A DNA stretch of 64,000 nt. Origin: Takakia lepidozioides (taxonomy: Eukaryota; Plantae; Bryophyta). The notes under the pieces are model-generated. The model was given only the letters and a program-made list of their open reading frames with translations. It made no database searches and had not been told where the DNA came from. Shown in pieces: positions 51,101-63,780 of the stretch. A program made the translations under genes and the position numbers. How positions within the stretch are numbered: the first letter of the stretch is position 1; every line of letters begins with the position of its first letter. Location: NCBI GenBank assembly GCA_030704615.1, contig CM060733.1:64604001-64668000 (forward strand), written 5' to 3'.

Positions 51101-51690
51101 GTGCCTGCAGAATCCACGGCAATGTGGAGATGGCTGAACGTGCGGCAACATCTATTCTCAAGTGGGATGAACAGGATGCTGCGACTTATGTGTTGCTATC
51201 AAACATCTATGCCGCAGCTGGGAGGTGGGACGATAGTGCCAAGGTGAGAAAAATGATGAAGGTCAGAGGGGCTAGAAAGGAGCTCGGTTACTGCCGCATT
51301 GAGGTCGGCAACAGGGTGCACACCTTTGTTGTGGATGACAAATTGCATTCCAAAATTAAGGCAATCCATGCTGAGCTGAGAAGATTGTCTGGGCAGATGA
51401 AGGAGGCAGGGTATGTGCCTGACATGCGCTTTGTATTGCATGATGTGGGGGAGGAGCAAAAGGAATTTTCTCTTTGCCACCACAGTGAGAAGCTGGCCAT
51501 TGGTTTTGGGCTGATCAGCACGGCCCCTAGGACGCCTCTCCATCTCATAAAGAATCTTCGGGTGTGTGGTGACTGCCACACCTCCACCAAGTTCATCTCA
51601 AAGATTGTTGGCCGAGCCATTGTTGTACGGGATGCTAACCGCTTTCACCGCTTTGAAGATGGGGTTTGTTCTTGTGGGGATTACTGGTGA
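48154..51690 (+). CDS. PLS-class PPR protein with E and DYW deaminase domains (organellar C-to-U RNA editing factor)
   Basis: L-S-(P-L-S)x7-P2-L2-S2, E1/E2, HHSEKLA, CGDCH and terminal CSCGDYW; uninterrupted ORF of about 1180 codons. Confidence 0.95.
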   Translation: MHERGPDFKHKITYDPLWIDSHKKPAWVDGQLEAAAATAAAQLIKSGTSTITTASKRGAREGVHNAASGTSGHVRTLCEAGQLKEALQTLNQGGISVDSDTYVCLLRKCIKMKGLEAGKQVHAHIIQSGFKPNVFLDNTLVNMYVKCGSIVDAHQVFNRMPQRCVVSWNIMMAGFTKNGCGRNALETYEQMMREGVKPNQITFVCVFNACASLAALEKGQEVHGDIVKAGIVPDVILNNTLVDMYAKCGCMEQAKRVFDNMVDRDVVSWSAMIAGYALQGRGMEALETYLQMMREGVKPDHITFVCVCKACGSLAALGKGKEVHGDIGKAGIVPDVMLNNTLVDMYAKCGSIEDAKGVFDNMAERDVVSWSTMIAGYAQQGCGLEALATYEQMMREGVKPNKITFVCVCNACASLAALEKGKELHGDIVKAGIVPDVILNTALVDMYTKCRSVEDAKEVFDNMAERNVVSWSAMIAGYAQQGYGIEALETYEQMMRDGVKPNHITFVCVCNACASLAALEKGKEVHGDIFKAGIVPDVILNNTLVDMYAKCGCIEDAKGVFDYMAERDVVSWNGMIAGYAQQGRGMEALETYEKMILEGVKPNHITFVCVCHACASLAALEKGKELHGDIVKAGIVPDVILNTALVDMYAKCQSIEAAKRVFDCMAERNVVSWSAMMAGYAQQGRGMEALETYKQMIQEGVKPDHITFVCVCNACASLAALEKGKEVHGDIVKSAIAPDVILNNTLVDMYAKCGCIEDAKGVFANMAERDVVSWNAMIAGYAQHGHGMEALETYEKMIQEGVKPNHITFVCVCNACASLAALVKGKEVHGDIVKAGIVPDVILNNTLVDMYAKCGCIEDAKRVFGNMAERDVVSWNAMIAGHAQHGCHREALQLFEGMQMEGLKPDSITFICVLSACSHVGLLDDGRRYFDSLSQDHGVTPTVKHFGCMVDLLGRAGRLDEAEDLINQMPIKPDAVVWKALLGACRIHGNVEMAERAATSILKWDEQDAATYVLLSNIYAAAGRWDDSAKVRKMMKVRGARKELGYCRIEVGNRVHTFVVDDKLHSKIKAIHAELRRLSGQMKEAGYVPDMRFVLHDVGEEQKEFSLCHHSEKLAIGFGLISTAPRTPLHLIKNLRVCGDCHTSTKFISKIVGRAIVVRDANRFHRFEDGVCSCGDYW

Positions 51691-52687
51691 AACTATGTTC
51701 TTCCTTAAAGGTGTGAGTGTCTTGCTTCATTGATTGATCTGTGTAACTAAGTTCATCAACCATTTCCTGAGAATATTGACCATGATGTGTACTGTTGAGG
51801 GCATTTCCTGTGCCATATCCACAGGTTATGGTAGGATGGTCTACCCAACGTAGGTGGGAAGTTCGCTCATATTTGCACTTGGATGGAGCAGGTGATGAAG
51901 GAAGGGGGGACTTTGGTGGTAGTGGAAGGAAATCAGAGTGGTGTCCTAATTCTGGTGTGAGTGGTGGAGCTTCTCTGAAGCTTGAAGATGAAAGTGAATG
52001 CAATTCATAAAGAGCTTGATTATAATGGCAGCTTGGTGCACAAGTTTGTCTACTTCTTAAATTTGGACATGTTTGTATGTTTCTTGTGGCTCTGTGGAGG
52101 GGAAGGGCCGTCCAGAAGGCATTTCGCCCTCGTTCCCATGCCCAAGAACAGCGGAATGCCCATTGGACGGGCCCTCAACGTGAAAACCTGACCTATTTTG
52201 GAACAGACGCACCTTACAAATTTGCAAGGTCCCTGCCAGCCTCTCAGGGACCTTACGAATTTGGAAGGTGCCTCCAAAAACAGGATGAAGTTCTGGTCGG
52301 GGAGGTATCTCCAAAAACAAAGGAAAACTTAGGTCAGATTTTTGCGCTTCAGGTAAAGCCCTTGACTAACTTGCATGAATGTTTTTGAAAACTAGCCTTA
52401 ACCCACCAAGATGTAAGTTCACGTAGATTGTAATGGTAATTGGGCATTCTGTTATTGATTGATGCGGCATGAATTGGATTTGCAGGGCTCCCTCACACTA
52501 TAATATTGGTTTGTGCATGTTGGAGTTCAAGGTTGGGGGAGAGAGTCTACTCCACTCCCTTCAGAAAAGAATTGCCCACAGTTCGAAACCAGGCAGCATG
52601 TATGAAACAGTTGTACAGTAAAAAATCTTTGCATAGGTACATGCAATAATTGGCGATACTGCTAGTGTCCCGGGAAGCAGGTGCTGA

Positions 52688-54455
52688 TTACTTGCATAAC
52701 TCTCCGTGTTCAATAGCTACTTGAGCTGCTCCCAAATCTCGTTCAGCCATACTGTCGAACACTCCCTCCGCATCCTCGATGCACCCACATTTTGCATACA
52801 TGTCCACGAGGGTATTGTTCAGAATCACATCTGGTACAATTCCAGCTTTGGCGATACAACCATACACCTCTTTGCCCTTTTCCAGCACACGCACACAAAT
52901 GTGATGTGGTCGGGCTTCACCCCTTCCACCATCATTTGCTCATAGGTCTCTAAAGCCTCTTCCCCGTGCCCCTGCTGTGCATACCCTGCAAGCATCGCGT
53001 TCCACAACACCACATTTCATTCAGCCATATTGTTGAACACTGCCTTCGCATCTCGATGCTCCCACATTTGGCAAACGTGTCCACGAGGGCATTGTTCAGG
53101 ATCAGGTACAATTCCAGCTCTGACAATGTTGCCATGGGCTTCTTTGCCCTTTTCCAGAGCTGCCAGGTTTGCACATGCATTGCAAACCCACACAAACGTG
53201 ATGTGGTTGGGCTTCACCCCTTCCCCCATCATTTGCTCATAGGTCTCCAAAGCCCTCCACCACACGTACCTGCTGTGCATACCCTGCAAGCATCGCGCTC
53301 CATCTCGTTCAGCCATATTGTTGAAAACTGCCTTTGCATCCTTAATGCACCCACATTTGGCATACATGTCCAACATGGCAGTGTTCATAATGACATCTGG
53401 TACAATTCCAGCTTTGACGATGTCACCATGGACCTCTTTCCCTTTTCCAGGGCTCCCAGGCTTGCCCACACATTGCAAACACAAACGAACGTGATGTGGT
53501 TGGGCTTCACCCCTTCGCGCATCATTTGCTCATAGGTCTCCAAAGCATTCGTACCACACCCATGCTTGGTCGTTGAGGCATTCTGTTGAACACTTGGTGA
53601 GCATACATGTTGACAAGGGTGTTGAGTAGAAAAATATTTGCCATTAATCCACTTTGGATAATGTGAGTGTGCACCTGCTTTCCAGCTTCAAGGCCTTTCA
53701 TCTTGATGCACTTAAGCAAGAGACAGACATACGTATCTGAATCTGCTGAAATGCCTCCCTGGTTTAAAGTCTGTAGAGCCTCTTTCAGTTTGTCTGCCTC
53801 AGAAAGCATCTTCACATGCCCAGAAGTGCCAGAAGAGGCATTGTGGACTCCCTCTCTTGATCCTCTTCCATAATCTGTGGTCATGGTTGAGGCGCCTGAT
53901 TTTATCAACTGTGCCGCTGCAACTGCTGCCTTTAGTTGACCATGTACCCATGTAGGTTTCTTGTAGCTATTGATCCACAGGGAATCATAAGTAATCTCGT
54001 GCTTGAAATCTGGCCCTCTTGGATGAATCTGGACCCACACTCTATCCCTGCTCCTTCAGCTATCCATGCCTCTGCACAAATCATGCATTCAACTTTACCT
54101 TGCTGCTAGCAGCTGACAATCACAGCCTAGATTTGTTCTAGGAAACACCCAATCACACTAGTTCCTATGCTGAATTGCGTCTGCTACTCGCTGTAATCTA
54201 ACAGGCATTCAACTTTTTGCCTCGGTTGTCCCACCATTGACTGGGGTCAGAAAAGTATTCATTCCACAGCTTCTCCTCATCTCTGTTACCTGTTTTTGGA
54301 TACTTTCCTGTTGTCACATTGGCAGTATCATGTCAAAGTCACTCCAAACTAGATTCACTCAACCAGCTAACTTGCAGAATTCAACGTGGAAATTTAGGGC
54401 CGATTCTGATAAGAGGGGAAAACAGGGTGAAATGTGTTGAAGAAGCAGTGCCTGA
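52688..54455 (-). pseudogene. Inverted, frameshifted and truncated paralogue of the PDF-PPR gene
   Basis: GPDFKHEITYDSLW, PLS repeats in shifting frames, and an upstream EEKLWNEYFSDPSQWWDNRGKK exon at about 54215-54305. Confidence 0.9.
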
Positions 54456-54459
54456 TTGT

Positions 54460-56375
54460 ATCAATTGTGTCGCTGCTGCTGCAATTTGATTCTCCACCAA
54501 AGCTTTGAATGCTTTGAACCTATCGAGAACTCCAAACTTATTTTACATCATGTAAAGAAATATTTTCTTAGAAAACTCACCAGTGAAGGTCAAGAAATAC
54601 TTTGCACCTTCATGAGATTCAGACGACATATGACCGCATAGATCAGTATGCAACGGTTCAAGAACCTTATTTATTCGAGAACCTCCATCCTTTGGAAATG
54701 AGTTGCGATGGTGTTTACCATATACACATCCATCACAAACACTCAAGACCTGATCTCTTGTAAGATCCATGCCCTTAACCAGATTGTTAGCTGACATGCA
54801 TGCCAAACTTTGCATTGAGACATGTCCAAGTCTCTGATGCCAGAGGTCACTCTGCTTGAATGTAGCATTGCAATCCACATGTAACGCCTGGACAGCCCCA
54901 ACAGCTTGTACAATCTTGCATCTTGAACTACCTTAGTTCAACCAACAATGAATGGTAGAATCCTCAACCATAAGACCTTGCTCAGTTACCTGACTAACTG
55001 ACAATAGGTTCTTTGTCAATCTATGAACATAGAGAACATCTCCGATCTCTCGTGACACTTCAGGTGATAATTGAAACACGACAGTATCTTTTCATGGATA
55101 TCAAGACTAGTAGTACTGTTGTCTCCAAGATACACCTTGTGTCCCACAAAGAGTTCTTTGGAGGTTGAGCATTGGAACGTCATATGTTGAGATGTTCCTG
55201 AATCAATGATTTACCACACATCTCTACAACTGGGAGAGATTGACAAAGCTACAATAAAAAAGTTTAGTTTTGTCAACCATAATTGCCGATAAAACTTCAC
55301 TCTGTAACTTTTCCTTCTTCTCATCGTCTAGCTTTTTCTTGAAGTATTCACGTGCATAATGACCTCTTATGCCACAAAAGAAACATACTTTGTGTTTCTT
55401 CTTTTTGAATTTAACTTCCTTCTTCCATCTTACAACTCTTGGTTAAGATAGAGCCGATTGACGACATGTTTTCTTCCAAAACTGACACATAGATTGAACC
55501 ATGCTTATCTAACAGTTTTAGCATGTGCAACATGATGAAGTAAAGAATCTGCCACATTCAACAACATGGTTCCTCGAGCCAACTTATCTTTCTTCGCAAA
55601 AAGTTGTTGCTCAGGAGTCAACCCTGCGGCTATGATCTCTCCATCTTCAGGCTGCAGTTGAACTGCTGCAACCGCTTCTCCTGATGTGATCTCCCACAGA
55701 TCTTTCTCATGAAGAATGAACTCCATCTTAATCTTCCATGTATGAAAATTGTGATCATCTAACTTCTTCACTCGGATATGATCAGCAGAAGGTGCCATGA
55801 TGCTAGTTTGATGTTTTGCCAACGATAAAACACCCTCAAACTTTCAGATCTAACTCCAAACACTCAAGCTTTCAGATCTGACACCAAGCACTCAACTCCA
55901 AGCATTCAAGCTTTCAAATCTAACCCCAAGCACTCAAGCCTATTGGTTGTAAATCAAATACTCATCTTCTTCTATCTCTTAGACAGAATCAAGCTCTGAT
56001 ACCACGTTGGAATTCGACAGAGAATAGAGGTAAAAGATGAACTGATTACTGAGAACTCTCCACCCAACCATAGGACCACAACAAGCTGTGTGTCCACCCT
56101 CCGAGCTCTCCCTATTTATACTCAAAGTCTAATCCAGAAATAGCTGAGATAACTATAGCATAACTCCATGCTTTTACTTAAGTTATCTCCACCTGATACT
56201 ATGGTATAATGACTTGAGTCACTAATAACTAAAGCTAATTTTAGCTATCTTTTAGCTAACCGAGGCTTATCTCTATTGTTAACTGTGACTTGTCAGCACT
56301 CTTTTTATGGAAGCCTGACTTGTCATCACAGTAACTTTAGGTAGTAGTAACTTGGTCAGGAGTTGATTTCCAACA
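54460..56375 (-). mobile_element. 5' part of a Ty1/copia retrotransposon (LTR, PBS, gag, protease, GAG-pre-integrase, integrase start)
   Basis: LTR 56005-56375 (TGTTGGAA...TTCCAACG); Met-tRNA PBS TGGTATCAGAGC at 55993-56004; NFHTWKIKMEFIL; LWHQRLGH..CDGCVYGKH; HTDLCG. Confidence 0.9.
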
Positions 56376-56527
56376 GGTTTGGGGATGTGCGAGCAAATGA
56401 TGTGAAGCCGGACTGTGTGTTGTGCATGTCGTCTTGGTAGCGATCAGATGTGTTGGCTTCAATTCTCTGCCCTTAGAATGTTGGTGAGCTGGATGTGCCT
56501 ACCTTGATTTTTTATATATGGGGTGCA

Positions 56528-57440
56528 GGAGTTGGGCATTACATCAGACGAGGGTCTGAGTCTGGATGAGCTCCCCAAGAAAGTGGTTGTTGTCGGTGGT
56601 GGGTCTCTATGTTGGATGTGAGAAGGAAAGACTCCACAACACATAACGAACTCATACATTGCATGTTCTTGACAAGTGACCTCTGTGCAACTTTCCTTCC
56701 ATGCTTCAAAACTTGTGTTGGTCGTCACAACAGGATGGCCAAATTGTTCATAGTTAAATCACGGAGGAAATGAAGAGCAGTTTTGTTCATTAAGTTGTGG
56801 CTCCTGTGAAATAGAGGAAGGTGTTGGATGCAGCAGTTCCATCTTTTCCTATTCTGAAGCTGAATGATGGAGGGATTGATATGGTGGTGTGTGGAATAGG
56901 TACATCGTTGTAGAGTTTGTGGGTATCTATAATGGCATGGGAGCTGAGGTGGACTTGTTCTACAGGAAGCCTCTTCCTTTGACGTAAGTGGAGAGATTGG
57001 TTTTGTATTTTGTAGCTGTAAGTGTCCCTGTCTGTGTGATCAGGGTTGGAGGTGACTTGAATAGGTCCTGTCTGTGTTGGTGAACTTCAGCTAGCAACGC
57101 TTGATCCTTCCATGCTGGAGTGGACAATGCACGCAAGGGACTCACATGATGAATTGGTCGTTTGAATTGATTGAAAGAAACCCTGTAAGTGACTTCTGTG
57201 TAGGGGTTTTGACGAGGAAATGAGATCTATTGTAGCTCGCAACTTGGAGGGCCGAGGCATCAAATGTCACCCCGGTGTAAATATTACAAAGGTCGGAATT
57301 TATCTTCTTTTGTTTGCTAGTCTTACTCGTGCATGAATCCACAAACCCAGGTTTGTTGATTGAATGAGGAGCAGGAGAGTGGATGTGTGACCTGAGGAAC
57401 GAAATCCAAAATTGTGCCAGATACCATACTTTAACCTGCC
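56528..57440 (+). pseudogene. Glutathione reductase gene fragment (2-3 exons with introns)
   Basis: [24 protein letters not shown] (56528-56600) and [27 protein letters not shown] (56900-56983) match the NADPH-binding region of plant GR; flanked by AG/GT. Confidence 0.75.
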
Positions 57441-58612
57441 CTCATCAACATATACTGTAAATGTGGCAGCATATATGATGCAAACAGAGTGTTGAAAAAA
57501 TGGCTACACGAAATGTGGTGTCATGGAGTGCAATGATTGCAGGATATGCCCAGTATGGGTTTGGTAAGGAGGCGTGTCATGGAACACAATGCTTGCAGGG
57601 TATCCACAACAGAGACGTGGTATGGAGGCTTTGGAGACCTATGATCAAATGATGGGGGAAGGGGTGAAGCCCGACCACATCATGTTTCTGTGCATTTGCA
57701 GTGCGTATGCAAGCTTGGCAGCTCTGGAAAAGGGCAAAGAGGTCCATGGCAACATTGTCAGAGCTGCAGTTGTACCAAATGTCATTCTGAACAATACCCT
57801 CGTGGACATGTATGAAGGGAGTGTTCGACAGTATGGCTGAACGTGATGTGGTGTCGTGGAGTGCGATGAGAAAATGATACAAGTAGTGGTGACACCGGAC
57901 CAGGTCACGTTCATCTGCATTGTCAATGCCTGTGCAAGCCTGGCAGCCCTAGAGAAGGGCAAAGTTGTCCATGATGACATCATGAAAGCCAGAATTGTGA
58001 CAGATATTGTTCTGGATACTGCCCTGGTTGCATGTATGCCAAATGCGGTGACATACAGGATACCCGTCATGTGGTTGACAATATGGCTCAACGCAGTGTG
58101 GTCTCATGGAACACAATGATCACAGGATATGCCCAGCATGGGTGTGGTAGGGAGGCTTTGGAGACCTATGAGCAAATGATTCAGCAATGGGTGATTCTGG
58201 ATACTGCCCTGGTGGACATGCATGCCAATTGTTGGAGCATAGCTTATGCACGTCGAGTGTTTGACAACATGGGTCAAAGAAGTGCGATCTCATGGAATGC
58301 CATGATTGCAGGATATGCCCAGCGTGGATGTGGTAGGGAGGCTTTGGAGATTTACGAGCAAATGATACAGGAAGGATGAAACCTGACCAGGTGATCGCCT
58401 TCATTTGCGTTGTGCGTGCTTGTGCCAGCCTGGCAGCCCTGGAGAAGGGCAGACTGGTGCATGCTGACATCCTGAAAGGTGGAATTGTGCCAGATAGCTT
58501 TCTTGAAAATACCCTGTTGGATATATGTATTCCAAATGCGGGAGCATAAATGGTGCAAAACAGGTGTTTGACAATATGACTCAACGAGATGTAATCTCAT
58601 GGAACACCATGA
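57440..58612 (+). pseudogene. Degenerate PLS-PPR repeats
   Basis: Same repeat family as 48154-51690, with many frameshifts and stops. Confidence 0.9.
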
Positions 58613-61600
58613 GCTGCGGATGGAGGATGGTGTCTTTGAGGTGCGAATCCTCCGCAGGCAGATCGCCTCGAACATCCTCATCTGCCAAAGATAGCAGGTT
58701 AGTGTGGTAAACACAATCCATAGTGGAAGTGTGTACATCTGCTATTCAGAACTCAGACACAAAAAAATCATTTTTATCACGAATCGGTGATGATCGTTGT
58801 CGATCATAACAGATTCTACTAGAGTGGAGCTGCAGAGAACATTGAAACTCATCATGAAAGCACAAGCAGAAGGGAGACGGCATACCAGCTGACCAGGGAA
58901 ACCCCCTTTCACAAGGTAGAGGCTGTTCACACAATTCCATGTGCGCAAAACTTCAAACCCTGAAGACTTGAGGTATGATGCCAATGCCCGACGACTATCA
59001 TTGTCACATGACTGAAAAATCAGAAGTGTCCCTGCATCAGAGAGGAAGTTATTACAGAACCCGAACACCCAACTCCAGTAGTTGTCCTCGAATTTGTTCC
59101 AGCCTGGCGTCTTGCCCTTTGGAAGAACTTCTGGCACAGCCTGGCCATCCGGAATGTCGAGAATAACAATGTCGGCCGCATAAGTTTTCTGCACACCGCA
59201 CACGAAGGTGGGACCTGTGCTCACCTGCAACAGACATGTTTTTTATAAGAACGAAAGCAAGAATGTTTTCAAAGAACGAGACTGAAATACTGCCAACGAA
59301 ACTTTCAGAGAAAAAGGAAAGAAACTGGAATTCTCACCAGATTGAGGAATGAGATTATATTGTCCCAGGTAGGCGATGGCACCCCAATGTATCCTCTCTT
59401 TCGACTTTGCATCATTGACAGTCAACCCCCATTAACAATTTTCATCTCTCCTGCCGAATCAGAATGGGAAGGGTGTGGCTTGGCATCGAACACGCACTGA
59501 ACAGTGCGGGTATATCTTCCAGCAGTAAAGTCCTGCCCACTCTCCATCTCCTTTTTTTTCTCCTTCCCCTTGTCTTTTTCCTTCTCTTTGGACTTGTCTT
59601 TGTCCTTTGGCTTTGCTGGTGAGATGGCTATGACATCAACAGCCTTGTCTTTTGGTTTGCGGCCCGCCTTCTTTCCCTTCTACGGCGTTCCCTGAGCATC
59701 AGGCACCTTGGCAGCCAATGTTGCTATGTTTCGTTGGTACTCTTCGTCAGTCAAAGGCGCCAGCATCTCAACGTTATTGTTCAAGTATTTCATATGTTGT
59801 TCTTGAAAGGTCGTGTGCTCCGGTGGGCAGTCAAGGTACCACCCACAGTCTCTGAAGTGAGAAGGACTCCAGTCCTTCAATATCCCTGCAGTATACATGG
59901 TTGGATCGTTTGCAGGGTCCGACCACATGTCAAGATAGTCTGGAATTCCGCTCAGGTGATTTCCTTCCATAAGCACATATTTTGTGTACCTGAAAAAAGG
60001 AGATAAATCCCAACCCACAAAAGCGCTCAGTGAGTAAGATGCAAGTAGAACAGAATGAAAAAAACATAGATTGAAATGGCTCTGAGAACTGCTCCAAAGA
60101 CCTTTCAGGACCACACGAATGCTCCAGATGTGAATGTCGTCAACGCCATTCAAAACATTCCATTCAATGATACTGTAAATACACCCTAATCCAGGTGAAT
60201 GCAAACTATCGTTTTGGAATGACACGGACATAGAAGTGAATGTCGTCAACGACATTCACTAATCAAGCCTAATTATTCCTCAAATGAAGCAAAATCACAG
60301 GATGGAAATCATAAACTCGAGTAAGGAACCCTCCAGGAAAACTCAATGCACATTCATAACGAACATATCACTGAGGACCTCACAACAACACTGTATGTGA
60401 ATGGCGTCAACGCCATTCACAAAAATACCAACAAGGAACCAATTACTCAGCTCCTAATCCATGTAAATTCAAATTGTCGCTGTTGAATAATACAGACACA
60501 GAAGTGAATGTCGTCAACGAAATTCACTCTGGATTTCTCATAACAGAGCTTATCAAGCCTCCAGATTCCTCGCAAGAGGCAAAAACAATGCAGAACAACT
60601 GAATGTCTGCATTGACATTCAGCAATATGAAGTGAGGAACCCTCACTGTAACCTCTATGGACATTACAAAAATTTACATAACTCTGAGGACCTCTCAACA
60701 ACTCCGGATGTGAATGTCGTCAACGCCATTCAAGGACATTTTCAATTCTAATCAGGGACACTATAATTACACCCTTAGATCCTAACCAGGTGAATTCATA
60801 TACTCGCTTAAGAATGACTCAGACAAAGAAGTGAATGTCGTCAACGACATTCAATCTGGATCTATGATTACAATCCTTATGAAGCCACATTTTTTTATTC
60901 CCGAAAAAAACAATAGAGTTTCAAGTATGACATTGCACTTGTACACAACTCGCATCATGGCCCACTCTCCTCCAACCTGACTGTCAAAGTCGTTGGACCG
61001 TAAAATGTTACCATCTTTGGAGAACTCCCGGAAAAAACAGTATCTCCAGGTGAGACCTCTCCACTTCCTTATGTATGCCTCCAATGACATTTGGGGAGGG
61101 GAAACAATCGAAATGTTCAGGTCCTTCAAAGTCTGATCCAGCACAATGACGGCGCGCTTTTCGAGTTGCAAATAGTATATTTGTCAGAATTGCAAATAAG
61201 ATACTCATCACATACTTGAAGAGAAGAAAACGGTGTTTGAATACACACCTTACTCCAAAATGTAGCCTTGTGGAGCCAGTTATCAAACACCAAATCACTG
61301 ATTCCTTCCACCTTTGTGCCAGGCTGTATGGTGCTCTTTGGGAACTGATTCAAGTCCTTTACTGTTTGATCTGAGTTCCATATCTCCAGCCACCTTATTT
61401 TTGTTTGTGGGTCGACCATCGATATGGCCAGCCGGTGCAATTTCTCCTGCTGCATCTCCGGATGCACATGCTTGTCATAGTGTGTTTTGATCTGCTGAAG
61501 GAACTCAGGACCAAGTCCAAGATCTACTATTTCTAAGCTGCTTTCCGAAGGCGGACATCAACTTGGTTCTTCGAATTTCAAACTCCTTCTTTATTGCAGT

Positions 61601-62093
61601 TTCCACACCCTTTGATGTCCTTAGTTCCTCTGGTGTAGTGCGGTAATATTCGGATTTTCCCTTCTCAGCTGCCTCTGCCAGTTCTTGCTGCATTGATTCA
61701 AGTAGTGATTAGCTCCGAAGGGACTACAAATATGTATTCGAAAAGTAAACAGAGTACAGACTTGGGCTTACCACATACATGTACTCCAGAAACGCCTCTC
61801 GTGTCAAAGAATACCAAGTGCCTGCAGCTCTTCCTGTTTCGCACTTCTTGATGATATTGGGTGGTAGTACTGTCCAAAAATCATCCAGCTTCATCAGACC
61901 AATCCTCTGAATTCGGAATAGTGTGTGAACCAAGCTTGTTGTCACATGCAATTTCTCTGTCGATCTGCAAAAACATTGGAAACATTGCATTCCTTAACAC
62001 TGTTTTTTGAGGATTAATAAGACACTACAGAGGGAATGAAATCTCCTGGATGACTTACTTGTTCACGTCGTGCATAGTTGTAAGAAGCCTAGC
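58610..62093 (-). pseudogene. Diverged ParB-MTase-family gene fragment (copy D)
   Basis: ADIVILDIPDG..PGWNKFEDNYW..FLSDAGTLLIF..WNCVNSL; HVTTSLVHTLFRI..GTWYSLT; QQEKLHRLA; LLTTMHDVN|gtaag. Each aligns with a copy A exon, in the same order. Confidence 0.75.
60129..60855. repeat. Six palindromes GTGAATGTCGT-CA-ACGACATTCAC within copy D
   Basis: Copies at about 60130, 60236, 60397, 60504, 60710 and 60831. Confidence 0.85.
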
Positions 62094-63780
62094 GATGTCG
62101 TTTCCAGGATCCAAAACCATTGCCTCCACAGCAACATGCTTGTCTTTGTCTTTCGTATTTTGCCTCAGTCGAGGACATAGCAATTGTAGATTGTTTCTTG
62201 CTGCTCCAGCTTACAGCTCCATTTGCTAGCATAAAAACATAGCCAGATGTAGAGTGGCGGTCATCAATATTACCAGCCCAATTTGCATCACAATAGCCGT
62301 ATAGCTCTGTGCTTTTGCAAGCACTATCTGAGATACCATATGAACCCACTTGATCCAACTGAACATTATCATTGTTCTTTCTTAAGCACAAACCATAGTC
62401 CAGTGTGCCTCTCAGATAACGAAAAATCCGTTTTATTGCAACCCAATGGAGTTGCCCAGGGTTAGCCACATATTGGCTTACAACCCCCACTGCTTGTGCT
62501 TTGAGAGTTTGCAATTTGGGACAAACGGGGTATTTACCGGCATACTTTCAACCATACCAAAGCGCCTTAAGATATCTTCAAGATATTTACGCTGGTTCAG
62601 GTAAATCGCTCGGTCTTGTCGAACACGAGTTACCGATACCCCCAAGCAGTACTAGATCTCTTTCAGATCCACCATCTCAAACTTCATTGAGATATCGCTC
62701 ATTATCTTTTTCAACAGAGCCTGATCAACACATGATCACAAGATCTCTTTCAGATCCACCATCTCAAACCTCTTTGAGATATCACTTTGTCTTTCTCAAC
62801 AAAGCCTGATCAACATATAATCACACGATCTTTTTCAGATCCACTATCTCAAACTCTTTTGAGATATTACTCTGTATGTGTTTCAACAGAGCCAAGTCAT
62901 TAGAGACCAAAATCAGATCATCAACGTACAGTGTTATGATCACAAAAGAGTTTCCATGAGCCCTCTTATAGTAAACACTATAATCAGCAAAGCTCCTCTC
63001 AAACTCTTCAGCCATGAAATATGCATCAATCTTAGCATTCCATGCCTTAGGGGGATTGCTTCAAACCATACAAGGACTTGAGGAGCTTACACACCATCTT
63101 TTCCTTCCTTTTTACAGCAAATCCCTCCGGCTGGTCCATGTATATTTCTTCCATAAGATCTCCATTGAGAAATGTTGTACATACATCCATCTGATGTACC
63201 TCAAGATTTTCAACAGTAGCAAATGCTAGAATCACTTGAATTGACTTCATCCGTGCAACAGGGAAGAAGGTTTCATTGTAATCAATACCTTCAATTTGCG
63301 AGGACCCATTTGCAACCAAGCGCGCTTTGTACCTTGCTACAGAACCATCTGCATTGTACTTAATCTTGAAAATCCATTTGCAGCCAACAGACTGCCGTCC
63401 AGATGGAAGTTGAACAAGACTCCAGGGCAGAAGCATGCTACAGTGGCTCACTTTGCGAAATTTTTGTCCAGTCTAAACTAATCTACTTTTTTTTATATCT
63501 TTTTTTTATATGAACTTCAAATTAGGTGTTGCAATTTATTCTTGTTGTCAACTCAATTTGAAATCACCCAAAAATTGGTTTCCAAACAAAGTTGTTGTGT
63601 TTTGAAGATGAAAAATGAGAGTAGGGTAGAGTAGACTGGACAAAATTGAGCCACTGTAGCATGTTTCTGCCCTCCAAGTCTTATTATCCTGAAGAGACTT
63701 AAACTCAGATGTCATAGCTTCATTCCAGTGTGTGTACATCAAAGAGGCATGTGTCAGTAACACCCCTCTACCATATGTGA
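62094..63780 (-). mobile_element. Ty1/copia RT/RNase H fragment, degenerate
   Basis: WNEAMTSEFKSL, GCKWIFKIK, YKARLVA, HQMDV, SLYGLKQ, LYVDDL, GYCDANWAG, SSTEAKY. Confidence 0.9.

Noticed and set aside
48243-51620. Antisense ORFs over the PPR gene
   Set aside because: They are shadows of the repetitive PPR coding strand.
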